From a virus: 64,000 nt of DNA. The stretch lies in the IMG/VR virus record IMGVR_UViG_3300042114_000045, positions 1 to 64,000 of that record; one strand, written 5' to 3'. Below are positions 29,570 through 39,864 of this stretch, piece after piece. The notes beneath the pieces were generated by a model that saw only the letters and a program-made list of their open reading frames with translations, had not been told where the DNA came from and did not search any database. Numbering within the stretch: the first letter of the stretch is position 1; every line of letters starts with the position of its first letter. The position numbers were made by a program, and so were the translations under genes.

Positions 29570-31627
29570 TTAAGCCTTGTTGGCTTTTAGTTGTGCTTCT
29601 TTATTCTTCTGAATAAGCTCTGCTATCTTAACCTGCAGATCATGTGCTCGCATATCAGCAGCTTCTTGTGCTTTATGTCCAGCAAGTACTTCTTCGTGGT
29701 CATGATCTACGGCTTTCATCTCAATATTCTGTCTATGAGTTTGTTCAGCCCTTTGCATTTCTTCATGCATCTGTATACCTTGATCACTTTTAAGGAAATC
29801 AAGATCAAGTCTATCAGCTTCACTGCCAAGTTTTCTAGCTTTAGCAGCTTCAACTTCAGCTTTTTGTGTTTTAAGTTGCATATCAATTTTGTTTTCGTTA
29901 GCTCTAGCTTTTAAGTCTTCTATTGTAGCTTGTAAAACAGCATTCTCTAACGTAGCTTTTTGAAGTGCTAGTTGTTTCATTTGTTCAGCAGCAGGATCTG
30001 GTTGAGGTTGGTACGTTCTTAATTTCATTGCTTGTTCTGGCATTCTCATTAATTCCATTATCTGAGCCATTATTTCTTTTCTAATTGCAGGATCTTCGTT
30101 CGGACCTACGGTTTGCAATAGGAAACTTAACTCCTGACTCTTAGCCGCATTATCTTCAGCGGTACTAATCTCGATATCAATATCAATGTTACCAGTTAAG
30201 TCATCTTTTCTAATAGCTACGAATTCTTCGTTAGTAACCCTGATAACTTCTTCTTCACTTAGAAACTCAGCATTGTACGCCATCCATTTTCTCATTAAAG
30301 GTTTAATAGCATTTTCTGCTATGTTTCTAACTAAGTTCATTCTTCTCGTAGCTGTTGCGTCTAAGGCACCTCTAGCACCCGTAGCTGTTCCACCTAAACT
30401 GTTACCTGTAATACCACCACTGAAACTTTTAACACCAGTTAAACTCTCTATTTCATTGTTCATAAGACCAAGTACATCAAATGCACTATTAGGCAGTACA
30501 TTAAATTGTCCAAACCAGAAATCATTTGGTGTTCCATTAAATTCAAAGTTTTGTCCACCTACCCATTTCTTTCTATTAACCGCATCAAGAGCACCTTTTC
30601 TAACACCTACTTGTCCATTATTGCTTTGAGCCATATTATCAATAAGTCCTCTAATAATAGCCGTCTTAACTTTTTGACTGTCACCAATCATTTCAGCATT
30701 AGACTCACCATGCAATTGAAATGGTACACTACTAAATGGTGCAACAATAAATGGGGGTTTCTTATCAGGATAAGGATTACTTTGCAGTCTAATTATAGTA
30801 TCACCAACCCAAGCACATACAATAGCTTCAGCGATACCATCATTATTAACATCGTAGTTACCCCAATACTCATACACAACTATTTTCTTTCTTGGATCAT
30901 CTCTAAACCTAAATACAGTTGTATCTTGTGGTCTATAGGTTGTATCTCTTTTATCGAGTGATTGTGCAAGTTTATCAAGGTTCTTATATCTTCCATCTTG
31001 TCTAAGTGTACTCATATCAGTTTCATATCTATGAATAACGAATTGACTCTTATCTAAATCATCCATACAAGTAGGGTCTAGATAAATGTCTTCATTTCTA
31101 CATATCTTAGCAGTAGGTCTATTTCTTAAAATCTTTAGTTCAGTAGATTTCTCTGTAACTACGGTTTCTCTTCCATCAGGTCCCATAATAACTGTTTCAA
31201 CATCAACATCAATTTCTTGATCTTCATAATCCCAACCAGTTTGAATAATAGCGGTACCTTCAGTACTCATAATTTTAACTAACCTAGTAACAAAATTATA
31301 TCTATCAAACTGTCTACAGAATTGAGTATTAAGTAACAACTCACTTTGTCTAGCTGATTTAGCATCTTCAAATGTAACAGGTAAAGCTTTAACTATGTTA
31401 CTACTACTTACAAATGGATCAACTAGTGTAGCGTGTTGCCACTCTCTTTGTCTCTTTATATCTCGTGATACTATTGACGATTTACCTTTTACCTCATTAC
31501 CATATGGATCTCCGTTATCTTCACGTTTCCATGAAAGTATCTGTGAATCCCATTCTCTTTTTAGTATTTCAGCACTCTTTAAATCTGCTTTTAGTGTTGC
31601 CAATAACGTAGTTTTATCTATCTTCAT
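29570..31627 (-). CDS. Portal protein (N4 gp59 family)
   Basis: KG.S..V...I.RQ.EW, E.D...A.Q...LLN.QF, YEYWG.YD, NP.PD.K.PF, TG.KSFS.G motifs. Confidence 0.9.
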   Translation of the reverse strand: MKIDKTTLLATLKADLKSAEILKREWDSQILSWKREDNGDPYGNEVKGKSSIVSRDIKRQREWQHATLVDPFVSSSNIVKALPVTFEDAKSARQSELLLNTQFCRQFDRYNFVTRLVKIMSTEGTAIIQTGWDYEDQEIDVDVETVIMGPDGRETVVTEKSTELKILRNRPTAKICRNEDIYLDPTCMDDLDKSQFVIHRYETDMSTLRQDGRYKNLDKLAQSLDKRDTTYRPQDTTVFRFRDDPRKKIVVYEYWGNYDVNNDGIAEAIVCAWVGDTIIRLQSNPYPDKKPPFIVAPFSSVPFQLHGESNAEMIGDSQKVKTAIIRGLIDNMAQSNNGQVGVRKGALDAVNRKKWVGGQNFEFNGTPNDFWFGQFNVLPNSAFDVLGLMNNEIESLTGVKSFSGGITGNSLGGTATGARGALDATATRRMNLVRNIAENAIKPLMRKWMAYNAEFLSEEEVIRVTNEEFVAIRKDDLTGNIDIDIEISTAEDNAAKSQELSFLLQTVGPNEDPAIRKEIMAQIMELMRMPEQAMKLRTYQPQPDPAAEQMKQLALQKATLENAVLQATIEDLKARANENKIDMQLKTQKAEVEAAKARKLGSEADRLDLDFLKSDQGIQMHEEMQRAEQTHRQNIEMKAVDHDHEEVLAGHKAQEAADMRAHDLQVKIAELIQKNKEAQLKANKA

Positions 31628-31745
31628 TAATTATCCTGTTATATTTTCTATATTGATAGTATACAATACACTAACTTTATATACGCTTATTAGTACATGG
31701 CGTAAGCCACGTAACTATTTCTTTGGTTTTACTTTACAACCCATG

Positions 31746-32159
31746 CTATACTCCTAATTCAAAATGTGGGTAATCTTTCATCTTCCAATCACCACCATAG
31801 ACTATCTTAACACCTACGGTTTCAGCAGCTTTCTTTACTACTTTAGCCATCTCTAAAAACCTATTAATATTATTCCAATCAATAGGGAACGGTGCGATGT
31901 CTATAGCTTTAGAAGGGTTAAAATTATGGTTACTAACTTTTTTTGTACCATCTTTATCTGTTACAGTAGCACCAGTCTTTTTCCACTCTTTACCTACTAA
32001 AGTTCTACCTTTTTTGAATAGTTCAAATTGCTCTGCAGGAGTTCTATATCCAAATAGAATAGTAAAATCATAATGCTTTATAGCCTCGTTCATAACTTTC
32101 TGTATATCAGGATGACAAGTACGTAGTCTGTCTAAACTAACTTTACCAAAACTAGGCAT
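31746..32159 (-). CDS. Endolysin, M15C L-Ala-D-Glu peptidase family
   Basis: GYRT..EQ..L...GRT, S.H....AID, GGDW..DYPHFEL. Confidence 0.85.
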   Translation of the reverse strand: MPSFGKVSLDRLRTCHPDIQKVMNEAIKHYDFTILFGYRTPAEQFELFKKGRTLVGKEWKKTGATVTDKDGTKKVSNHNFNPSKAIDIAPFPIDWNNINRFLEMAKVVKKAAETVGVKIVYGGDWKMKDYPHFELGV

Positions 32160-32394
32160 GTGTAAGTCCTTGTATAATATTAGAAACTACTTCTTTACCT
32201 ACTTTACTACCATCAATATCTTCACCGAATCTATTACCATTACTTTCAGCAACATCTTTTAGTAAAGCAATAGCTAATTCATTATCAATTGATACCCCAC
32301 TAGTTTCAACTAATTTTCTCGTACCTTTTTTCAGTAACGCTTTAAACGTTTCGCTACTCATCACCATAAATAATATATTTACCAGTATACCCAT
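32152..32394 (-). CDS. Small lysis-cassette protein
   Basis: ATG at 32394 with AAGGA SD; hydrophobic N-terminus; overlaps the endolysin start. Confidence 0.5.
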   Translation of the reverse strand: MGILVNILFMVMSSETFKALLKKGTRKLVETSGVSIDNELAIALLKDVAESNGNRFGEDIDGSKVGKEVVSNIIQGLTHA

Positions 32395-32404
32395 TTTATA
32401 TCCT

Positions 32405-32530
32405 TTAACACGCATCTCTATACGTTAACAGAACAGTACGTAGATCATCTACTAACTTTATTGCATCTTCCCATCTATTAGCTACTATAGCTACGTAAAG
32501 GTCTTTGCATAAGTCCATACATTTATACAT
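32405..32530 (-). CDS. Small unannotated ORF (41 aa, MYKCMDLCKD...) in the lysis operon
   Basis: Fills the gap between neighbouring genes exactly; AGGA SD. Confidence 0.45.
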   Translation of the reverse strand: MYKCMDLCKDLYVAIVANRWEDAIKLVDDLRTVLLTYRDAC

Positions 32531-32531
32531 T

Positions 32532-32798
32532 CTATCCTACTAATTGTTGTAACGCTAACCCAATAGCACTCATTATAACACCAGTTATAATACCACTTAT
32601 TGCCCCACTAAACTTAGCACTATTCTCTGCAGTATGTGTAAGTTCTGACTTCAAAGTTGTAACATCAATAGTCATTGAAGCTAATTTTGTATCAAACTTT
32701 TGAACATCTTTCTCAACTTGGTCAAGTCTATACAAAATTAATCTACTATCACCATTGTCATGACTACTTCTTCTATCTGGACCTACGAATTCACTCAT
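32532..32798 (-). CDS. Putative holin-like protein
   Basis: Coiled coil followed by a C-terminal hydrophobic helix; upstream of the endolysin. Confidence 0.5.
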   Translation of the reverse strand: MSEFVGPDRRSSHDNGDSRLILYRLDQVEKDVQKFDTKLASMTIDVTTLKSELTHTAENSAKFSGAISGIITGVIMSAIGLALQQLVG

Positions 32799-32800
32799 GA

Positions 32801-33469
32801 TTACTCCTCTTTACCACTAAATTTGAATTTATTAAATATACCTGCTGTTATCATTGGACACTTAGCTCCAATACATTCATTAGCTATATATGCATTAATG
32901 TACTCAGTAAGGTCTCTACCACTACCAACTACTCCAATTAACTCACCCTCAAAAAACACAGGAGCTTTAAATACTTCAAGGTGCATCATTTCACCTTTAA
33001 CTTTTCCTTCTTCTAAAAATCTACCATCATCTTTTGTAAATGAGCCATCTTTAGTTTTATTAATAACTACTACGTCGCTATTATCACAAACTTCACCGAA
33101 TGTATGATTATCAGCACCAAATCTTTCTTTAGCAGCCAACGCCATTGTAACATCATTTTTACCAATAGGATCTCTATCAAATAGCAACCCATCTCTTATA
33201 GCTTTATTTGCATATAGATAATTACCTTCTAAGTCTTTCATCCATAACATATCAGGGAGAACTTCCATCATTGCTTCCATTATAGCTTCTTGTCTCTGAA
33301 CTTTGGATTCCCAAAAAGCTCTCTCCTGCTTCAACTCTTCCTTTATTGCTTTAGCAATACCGTGCAACTCTTCCATACTATTTATTAGCCTATCTAACGA
33401 GGGAGTTTCCGTACTAGCTACGCATTTACCCTTTAACCAATTATATGCATTATCTACTATTCCACTCAT
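32801..33469 (-). CDS. Stand-alone PAS-domain protein
   Basis: MMEVLPDMLWMKDLEGNYLYANKA...IGK.D...KAPVF..GELIGVVGSGRDLTE. Confidence 0.8.
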   Translation of the reverse strand: MSGIVDNAYNWLKGKCVASTETPSLDRLINSMEELHGIAKAIKEELKQERAFWESKVQRQEAIMEAMMEVLPDMLWMKDLEGNYLYANKAIRDGLLFDRDPIGKNDVTMALAAKERFGADNHTFGEVCDNSDVVVINKTKDGSFTKDDGRFLEEGKVKGEMMHLEVFKAPVFFEGELIGVVGSGRDLTEYINAYIANECIGAKCPMITAGIFNKFKFSGKEE

Positions 33470-33537
33470 TTGTGTCTCCGTTTTCTTTATAACTAAATTA
33501 TTACATAATGTAGCTTTAGTACGCCTTACACGGCGTA

Positions 33538-34968
33538 CTAACTATCTATAAGTGCACAACGAACAAACGCTGGACTTGAATGTAGTATAATATAGTAAAA
33601 GTCGATACCGTCCGGACTCGTTAGAATACAACTCTTGTCCCCAACTACTGCTGTACTATTAGGGTATAACCATTGGTACAATTTAGGTACTAAAGTGTTT
33701 CTATATGGTACACCTTCATAAATTCTCATAGTATTATCTTTTTGTATAAATAAACTTCCTTGTTTACCATTAAATCCTCTAGCAGCAACCGTAGTACCAG
33801 TAGTAAATGTTTCAGTGCTAGGATAATAAGTCTCAGTAGCCCAAGTATTCGCTACTAGATCATATATATAGACACTAGATGTTGCCCCACCTCTTAAACA
33901 CCAAAGCTTATCTGGACTATATGCAGGTAACCATTTTAAAGCTCCACCTAGGCCAACACCACCAGGTGCAGCTGCTATAGCAGGATTTCCACTATTAGCA
34001 CTAGTTGTTGCCCAAGCGTTAGCACCTATGTTATACCTATAAACAACAGTAGCATTACTACCAACCAAGTACATATTTCCATAGTACCCAGCAGTAGCAG
34101 CACTTGGAATACCAACTCTTAATGGAGCTACTGTTAATGATGTAGCAGAAGCAGCAGCCGCAGCCGTTAAAACTGCATACTTATCTACTTCAATTATTGA
34201 GTTAGCTGGTATACCTTTCTGTAGTGGATATATAGTCAATGTAGTTGCACTAGCAGCACTATCAGCACTTAAACAGAGTTCACAACCGTTATAGCACTGT
34301 AATATCGTACCAGCCTTCATAGCTTCAGTAGCACCAGTAACGGTTAAACTTGTAGTACCTCTAGCTGCAGCAGCAGTTATAGTAATATCATATTTACCAA
34401 ATCTTAATATTGTACCAGACACTAATGCTTCAGGCAGTGCAGTAACCGATACAGTTGTAGCTCCAGCAGCAGCCAAAGCACTTGTAGTTATAGTTCTTGT
34501 AACACCAGAATGATATGCAGTTTCATAATTATTTCTAGGTACACTAGGGTACATTAGATAACAATCAGTTGCAAATGTAGCTGGAATACCAGTTGTACCT
34601 AAGTTAGCAGCCCAAGTATTAGTAGCAACATTATATTTATAAAAATAACATATTGTAGCATTACCTACGAATAAATAAATAGAACCAAATACTTGTCCGC
34701 TAAATTGTCCACCAACTACTTTTGTATACATCATATTAGCAACTGTTCCTGTTTGTGTAGGAGGTGTTGCTAATTGTTGCCAGCAATCAAACCAAGTACA
34801 GTATCTCCAAAACTGTGCAGCAGTTGCAGAAGTTTGTATGTAGTAATATATGTATCTTTTATCATCATCTACGAAGTTTGATCCGGCTATACCGGTAGCA
34901 GGTGCAAAACTAAGTTGCTCCCACATCGGTCTATCGATCATCGGTCTATTATTATTAGTTATCGCCAT
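33538..34968 (-). CDS. Beta-propeller (Kelch-like) tail/receptor-binding protein
   Basis: Repeated Y.YN...N.W blades with an inserted AAAGATT.SV repeat region. Confidence 0.55.
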   Translation of the reverse strand: MAITNNNRPMIDRPMWEQLSFAPATGIAGSNFVDDDKRYIYYYIQTSATAAQFWRYCTWFDCWQQLATPPTQTGTVANMMYTKVVGGQFSGQVFGSIYLFVGNATICYFYKYNVATNTWAANLGTTGIPATFATDCYLMYPSVPRNNYETAYHSGVTRTITTSALAAAGATTVSVTALPEALVSGTILRFGKYDITITAAAARGTTSLTVTGATEAMKAGTILQCYNGCELCLSADSAASATTLTIYPLQKGIPANSIIEVDKYAVLTAAAAASATSLTVAPLRVGIPSAATAGYYGNMYLVGSNATVVYRYNIGANAWATTSANSGNPAIAAAPGGVGLGGALKWLPAYSPDKLWCLRGGATSSVYIYDLVANTWATETYYPSTETFTTGTTVAARGFNGKQGSLFIQKDNTMRIYEGVPYRNTLVPKLYQWLYPNSTAVVGDKSCILTSPDGIDFYYIILHSSPAFVRCALIDS

Positions 34969-35113
34969 AAACTATCCTTTTTATCATTTCATCCGTTACA
35001 TTAAACTCTTTATCTGCTAAATTTGTAATACCAAACTTAACCTCAACTATTCTATCCGCAGGTATAACCGCTTCTAATTCTTCATTACTTGTTTCTTTTA
35101 GTTCCGCAATCAT
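34955..35113 (-). CDS. Small unannotated ORF (52 aa)
   Basis: ATGA overlap with the previous stop, AAGGA SD, fills the operon gap. Confidence 0.5.
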   Translation of the reverse strand: MIAELKETSNEELEAVIPADRIVEVKFGITNLADKEFNVTDEMIKRIVYGDN

Positions 35114-35367
35114 ACAAAATTCCTTCTTACTGAGCTATAATACATATTAGCAGAATTACTAATAGCAGCACTAGCTTTACCTTGATCACCAAAACCAATA
35201 TTACCTGTACCAACAGTAGTTACAGTAGTTAACGACCCTGAAACACTCGTTGCTCCACTTATTCTTAAAGCAGATGTAGTGTCAAAACTAAATCTACCAA
35301 ATTTATTAATTAAGTTCTTTATACTATAGTCATTAGCTAAATCACCAAACATATTTGTTATAGTCAT
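35110..35367 (-). CDS. Small tail fibre-associated protein
   Basis: VSGSLTTVTTV beta repeat; operon context. Confidence 0.5.
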   Translation of the reverse strand: MTITNMFGDLANDYSIKNLINKFGRFSFDTTSALRISGATSVSGSLTTVTTVGTGNIGFGDQGKASAAISNSANMYYSSVRRNFV

Positions 35368-35370
35368 ATT

Positions 35371-36693
35371 TTATCCTTCTACCAAATTAAATGTAATTGT
35401 ACCATCAGTTCCCTTACATATCCATAAAGCCGAAGCTCCAACATCTATAGTAGGCGTAGCTTCTTGTATAAATACATTTTGTTCAGGTACGCTTATTACT
35501 ATATCTCCGCTACCTAGTAAACTATTACCATTAATTGTTTTAATATTCGTACCACTTACTAAAGTAGTTTGTTTTCCATCCCAACTACTTTTTTCTATAT
35601 CTGTTACAAACCTGTTATTAGAGTCTTGTGTTATAATACTAGCAGGATGGCTAACTGGGTGTGTGTATATAGTATCTGCGGCCCATTTCGTGTCACACTC
35701 AGATATTATAGCTATCACATCACCAGTTAGATCAATACCGTTACCGGCAGTATATGTAGTTCCTCCACCGCTAGGCGTAGCCCAACAAGCCTTACCTGCT
35801 GCATCTGACGTAAGGACTTTACCAACTCCCTGAGTTCCATCTACTATACAAACAGAACCTAAACAGTCAACAGAAAACTTTATGTTATAGTCATCAGTAG
35901 TTGTACCGTGTGCATTACTACCGTAACCTACAGCAAATATCTTACTAGAAGAACTTCCAATTTGTGTACACTGCCCTAGAACTAATGAACTAGCAGTGTA
36001 AGCACGAGTATTACAGCCAATAGTTGTAGAGTAATTACCAGCAGCACGAGTGTTATAACCCATAGCTATAGAGGTATCGCCAGCAGCACAAGTATTATAA
36101 CCCACCGCTAAAGAGTTACTACCAATAGCACAAGCATAATAACCAATTGCTGTAGAACTATGCCCAGCAGCATAGGTACTATGACCCATAGCCGTAGACC
36201 TACGACCTTCAGCAATAGTACTCTGACCCATAGCCATAGAGTAACATCCAGTAGCGCAAGTACTATAGCCCATAGCTATAGAGGTACATCCAGTAGCACC
36301 TGTAGTAGTTGAGACGCTAGGTGAATAACTCAAATCAATAGCGTTACATCCTATGTCACCATAGTTACCAGGATTCGCAGCACGATAACATGTTCCGTAT
36401 CCTGTCTTAGTATTTTCTGTTATTACACATATAGCGTTAGAACCAACAGTATCGGTAGACCACTTAGTATCACAAGCTGCAGTAACAGCAACTACATCAC
36501 CTGTTAAATCAATTGCATTTCCTGCTGTATATGTAGTTCCTCCTCCACCAGCAATGACTAAGTCTCCACTTCCAAGCAGACTAGTTCCATTAACAGTCTT
36601 AATATCAGTACCACTAACTAGTACATCCTGTTTACCTTTTAACTCAGTACCGACAGCTGTAGCCAGTGCAGATATACAACTATCCATACTCAT
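35371..36693 (-). CDS. Tail fibre with YadA-head-like 14-aa repeats, Cys-rich
   Basis: Tandem S.AMG..T.A.G.. repeats; two copies of KQ..LVSGT.IKT.NG.SLLGSGD. Confidence 0.75.
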   Translation of the reverse strand: MSMDSCISALATAVGTELKGKQDVLVSGTDIKTVNGTSLLGSGDLVIAGGGGTTYTAGNAIDLTGDVVAVTAACDTKWSTDTVGSNAICVITENTKTGYGTCYRAANPGNYGDIGCNAIDLSYSPSVSTTTGATGCTSIAMGYSTCATGCYSMAMGQSTIAEGRRSTAMGHSTYAAGHSSTAIGYYACAIGSNSLAVGYNTCAAGDTSIAMGYNTRAAGNYSTTIGCNTRAYTASSLVLGQCTQIGSSSSKIFAVGYGSNAHGTTTDDYNIKFSVDCLGSVCIVDGTQGVGKVLTSDAAGKACWATPSGGGTTYTAGNGIDLTGDVIAIISECDTKWAADTIYTHPVSHPASIITQDSNNRFVTDIEKSSWDGKQTTLVSGTNIKTINGNSLLGSGDIVISVPEQNVFIQEATPTIDVGASALWICKGTDGTITFNLVEG

Positions 36694-36702
36694 CTATAAT
36701 CC

Positions 36703-37857
36703 TTACACTAAAGCAGCGTTAAATACAGCTACATAATCAGTATTTGTAGCACCTATATCAGAAGAAGCCTGTGCACCAGTAATATCAGCAACAGCTAATG
36801 TAACAGCGCCAGTTCTACCTGCAACCGTAGTTACAGGAGCATTTGCCCAGCTTAAAGACCCAGCAGTTGCACCCGCCATTAAGAACTTACCATTATTAGT
36901 AGTACTTGTAGCTGGTACGTGTAAACTACCATCAGTAGATGGGTGTGTATAAACTGTATCTGTCCAAGGAATATTCACTACACCTTGCCCAGAAGCATTA
37001 GTTTGCAACCCATAAGTTCTACTAGCCGTAGTGGTAACTGCACTAGCAGCAACAGTCTGTACAGTATCACTATTAATCTTGATACCACCTAATATAGTAG
37101 TAGTACCAGCTGGTAGTGTATAAGCCGTAGCACCAGAAGCAATACCATCTAACTTAGTTTTATCTGTAGCACTCATAAATCCTGCAACACTAGTAGTAGC
37201 AGCACCATGCGCAGCACCAGTATCACCAACGTGTGTACTAGGAGCAGCATCAGTAATACCATAACCACTTAGTGTAGTTGGATTTGTACCTGCTGTTACT
37301 CTACCTTTTGCATCAACAGTAACGCTTTTATAAGTAGAAGCAGTTACACCACTATTAGCCAACGTAGCTGCACCAGTAACATTCCCAGAACCATCAAATG
37401 ATCCAGATGTATACGTTACATCACCAGTAATCGCAATAGTTCTACCAGTAGCTAACTTCGTAGCTGTTAATACATTCTTATCTGCATCGGCAGTGTTATC
37501 AACATTTCCTAAACCTACGTCACCTTTGACGAGAGTAACTACCCCAGTTTTACCTGCAACGCTATCAACAGCACCAGAAGCAATTTGTGTATAAACACTT
37601 CCACTCCATCTATAAGTTCTATTAGTATCTAACGTAACATATAATATACCTGCAACACCTGTACCAGGCAACGCTGCAAGATTAGCATATTCTACTACAT
37701 CATCTACGAAACTTGGTAATTGTGCACTCGGTATTTTACCACCACCATCTAGAGTTGCAACTCCATTTGCAGCACCTTTTTCACTACTCGAAATCTTACC
37801 TTTAACTGCTGTACCTATCGAGGTAAAAACACTTTGTAATCCACTATCTAAACTCAT
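36703..37857 (-). CDS. Tail fibre protein (Cys-free)
   Basis: KGAANGVATLD..GKIP..QLPS.VDDV, SVAGKTG.VTL, VTVDAKGRVT.G, MSA.DKTKLDGIA motifs. Confidence 0.8.
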   Translation of the reverse strand: MSLDSGLQSVFTSIGTAVKGKISSSEKGAANGVATLDGGGKIPSAQLPSFVDDVVEYANLAALPGTGVAGILYVTLDTNRTYRWSGSVYTQIASGAVDSVAGKTGVVTLVKGDVGLGNVDNTADADKNVLTATKLATGRTIAITGDVTYTSGSFDGSGNVTGAATLANSGVTASTYKSVTVDAKGRVTAGTNPTTLSGYGITDAAPSTHVGDTGAAHGAATTSVAGFMSATDKTKLDGIASGATAYTLPAGTTTILGGIKINSDTVQTVAASAVTTTASRTYGLQTNASGQGVVNIPWTDTVYTHPSTDGSLHVPATSTTNNGKFLMAGATAGSLSWANAPVTTVAGRTGAVTLAVADITGAQASSDIGATNTDYVAVFNAALV

Positions 37858-37867
37858 ATTATATCCT

Positions 37868-38179
37868 TTAATTTAATAACGCATTTAGAAATACGTTTGT
37901 ATAATTTACTTGCCCAACTACATTATCATATACTTGCGCCAACTCAGCTACATCATCAGCTGTTAAATCTTCATAAGTTAAAGGATCACCTTTAACTCCT
38001 TGTGTACCAGGAGGCCCCTGTAAACCAGTCTCTATCACAACCGTAGGTGTAACAGCTTCTTCTGAAACTACTACATTAACTACGTCTCCACTAGTAATAT
38101 CGACAGAATTGGCATCGGCAAGATTAGTTACCTCAACAGTACTGTAGGTATTATAGTTAACTGTTATATCATTAGCCAT
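37868..38179 (-). CDS. Small fibre-associated protein with short collagen-like GXY stretch
   Basis: GLQGPPGTQGVKGD..TYEDLT. Confidence 0.55.
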   Translation of the reverse strand: MANDITVNYNTYSTVEVTNLADANSVDITSGDVVNVVVSEEAVTPTVVIETGLQGPPGTQGVKGDPLTYEDLTADDVAELAQVYDNVVGQVNYTNVFLNALLN

Positions 38180-38180
38180 A

Positions 38181-38522
38181 TTATATCAACTTACCTTTTA
38201 CTAGTAGTTTAATTGCTTTAGAAGTCTGTTCAATACCAGATGCTGTTGTGTATTTAAAGTCTACAAAATATGAATCATCCACTAGAACTTCTGTGTCTTT
38301 AACCATTATACTAAATGTACCATTAACTAAACCATCAGTTGTTACACTTCTATTGATAGTTGGGGCGTTTGAGTTAATTTCGATAACAGCAGTATCATCA
38401 GAATTAAGTATGCTGACAGTAATAGTAAATGTGCTTAAATCAACAGGCGTAGAAGTGCCTGCTTGTTTGTAATTACATGTGAGTTGTAACGTGTCTCCAC
38501 GCTTTATAGCTATAGTATCCAT
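38181..38522 (-). CDS. Fibre adaptor/BppU-N-like Ig-fold protein
   Basis: IKRGDT.......PVDL....Y.D motif. Confidence 0.55.
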   Translation of the reverse strand: MDTIAIKRGDTLQLTCNYKQAGTSTPVDLSTFTITVSILNSDDTAVIEINSNAPTINRSVTTDGLVNGTFSIMVKDTEVLVDDSYFVDFKYTTASGIEQTSKAIKLLVKGKLI

Positions 38523-38579
38523 TATAATCCTTATTGTTTATTACAACTATATTATACAGATACTTAACTTATGTTATCC

Positions 38580-39440
38580 TTACACAGGCTCAGTTTCAAG
38601 GAAACCTTTTAAATCATTAATAGCTTTATCTGCTAGTTCTTTATTGACGTGAACTCCATTAGGCATAGATGTATTATAGTTAAATCTTCCATCATACTTC
38701 CAACCAAACTGCTCAGGAGTATTCATATCCCAAAAAACTATACCAGGTTTATTGATAGAAGCCATGTAATGTTGCATCATACTATCAATACCTACGAAGA
38801 AGTCAGCTTTACTAAACACGTACATCCATTGAATAACATTTAACTGTAGTTGTATAGCACCTTTTAGCTTTGGTTCATTTGGTAACCCGAATTGTACCAT
38901 TTTGTAATCAGAAAATTCCTTAGTTAAACCTTCGAATAGTGGATCTATCATACCCATATTTCTACCAGTTCTCATATGGTTTCTTTCATAAGCAGGTAAG
39001 TTATTTACATCTTTAATATCATAAGGACTTTGTCCACCACTAATTTGCATAACGTAGAACTTACCATCACCAAGTTGCTTGTCAATTGCAGCTTTCTCAT
39101 CTTCTGTAATTTTTGCATAGAGTACAGGTATTCTAGTTTCTAAATCTTTTTTTGGTAGTCCTAGCATATTAGCCCAAGCATCTACTACGTGAACATCACC
39201 TTTCCACATATTACCGATATATGGATCCCATGCATAAACATCATCAAAGTAACTATAGAACTTTCTCATATCTTTACCTTCAGCTGAATGATACACCATA
39301 CTAACACCTGGACAACCCATAAATATTTCTGGGTACGCAGATTCAATACATATGTTACCATCTCTTTCAACAAGCTCTTTAATTAAACCTGTAAACGCTA
39401 TATTCTTTCCTATTCCACCATCAATTTTATATAAATTCAT
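38580..39440 (-). CDS. Glycosyltransferase (GT-B fold, GT9/heptosyltransferase-like)
   Basis: GGIGK.I.F, YPEIF, FVGIDS..QH..A...KP.IV.W...P..FGW; has its own promoter. Confidence 0.75.
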   Translation of the reverse strand: MNLYKIDGGIGKNIAFTGLIKELVERDGNICIESAYPEIFMGCPGVSMVYHSAEGKDMRKFYSYFDDVYAWDPYIGNMWKGDVHVVDAWANMLGLPKKDLETRIPVLYAKITEDEKAAIDKQLGDGKFYVMQISGGQSPYDIKDVNNLPAYERNHMRTGRNMGMIDPLFEGLTKEFSDYKMVQFGLPNEPKLKGAIQLQLNVIQWMYVFSKADFFVGIDSMMQHYMASINKPGIVFWDMNTPEQFGWKYDGRFNYNTSMPNGVHVNKELADKAINDLKGFLETEPV

Positions 39441-39555
39441 GTATATCCTTTTATTTATTTATAAAGGAAGTATAACATAACCTTTGTTAAAAGTTTCTTA
39501 GGAAAAGTAATACTTGTACTAATTAATCTTACCAATAGTTCATACCAATACTTTA

Positions 39556-39807
39556 CTATTGGTCTTTAGTTCCGTTGTACTTCTCAGTAGCAACAGCATA
39601 TAAACTCTCATAAGGGCTAACACCATCTACAAAAGGAGCTTCTACACCGAATCCTTCTAACTGATACTTAGTACCATCTTTAGTTACGTTATACACTTCA
39701 AAGTGACCTCTCCAACCATCTTTAGCACTACCGTGAATATGCTCTATTTTAGCATACGCTTTCTTTACACTCATTCCCTTAAATTCATAGTCTATTCTTA
39801 TTGCCAT
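39556..39807 (-). CDS. Small tail fibre-associated (chaperone-like) protein
   Basis: G..V..AY.KI..I.G motif; follows a fibre gene. Confidence 0.45.
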   Translation of the reverse strand: MAIRIDYEFKGMSVKKAYAKIEHIHGSAKDGWRGHFEVYNVTKDGTKYQLEGFGVEAPFVDGVSPYESLYAVATEKYNGTKDQ

Positions 39808-39864
39808 GTTATATCCTTTTATTTTAATTTGTTATAAATACCAAGTACCTACTTAGCAATAGCT

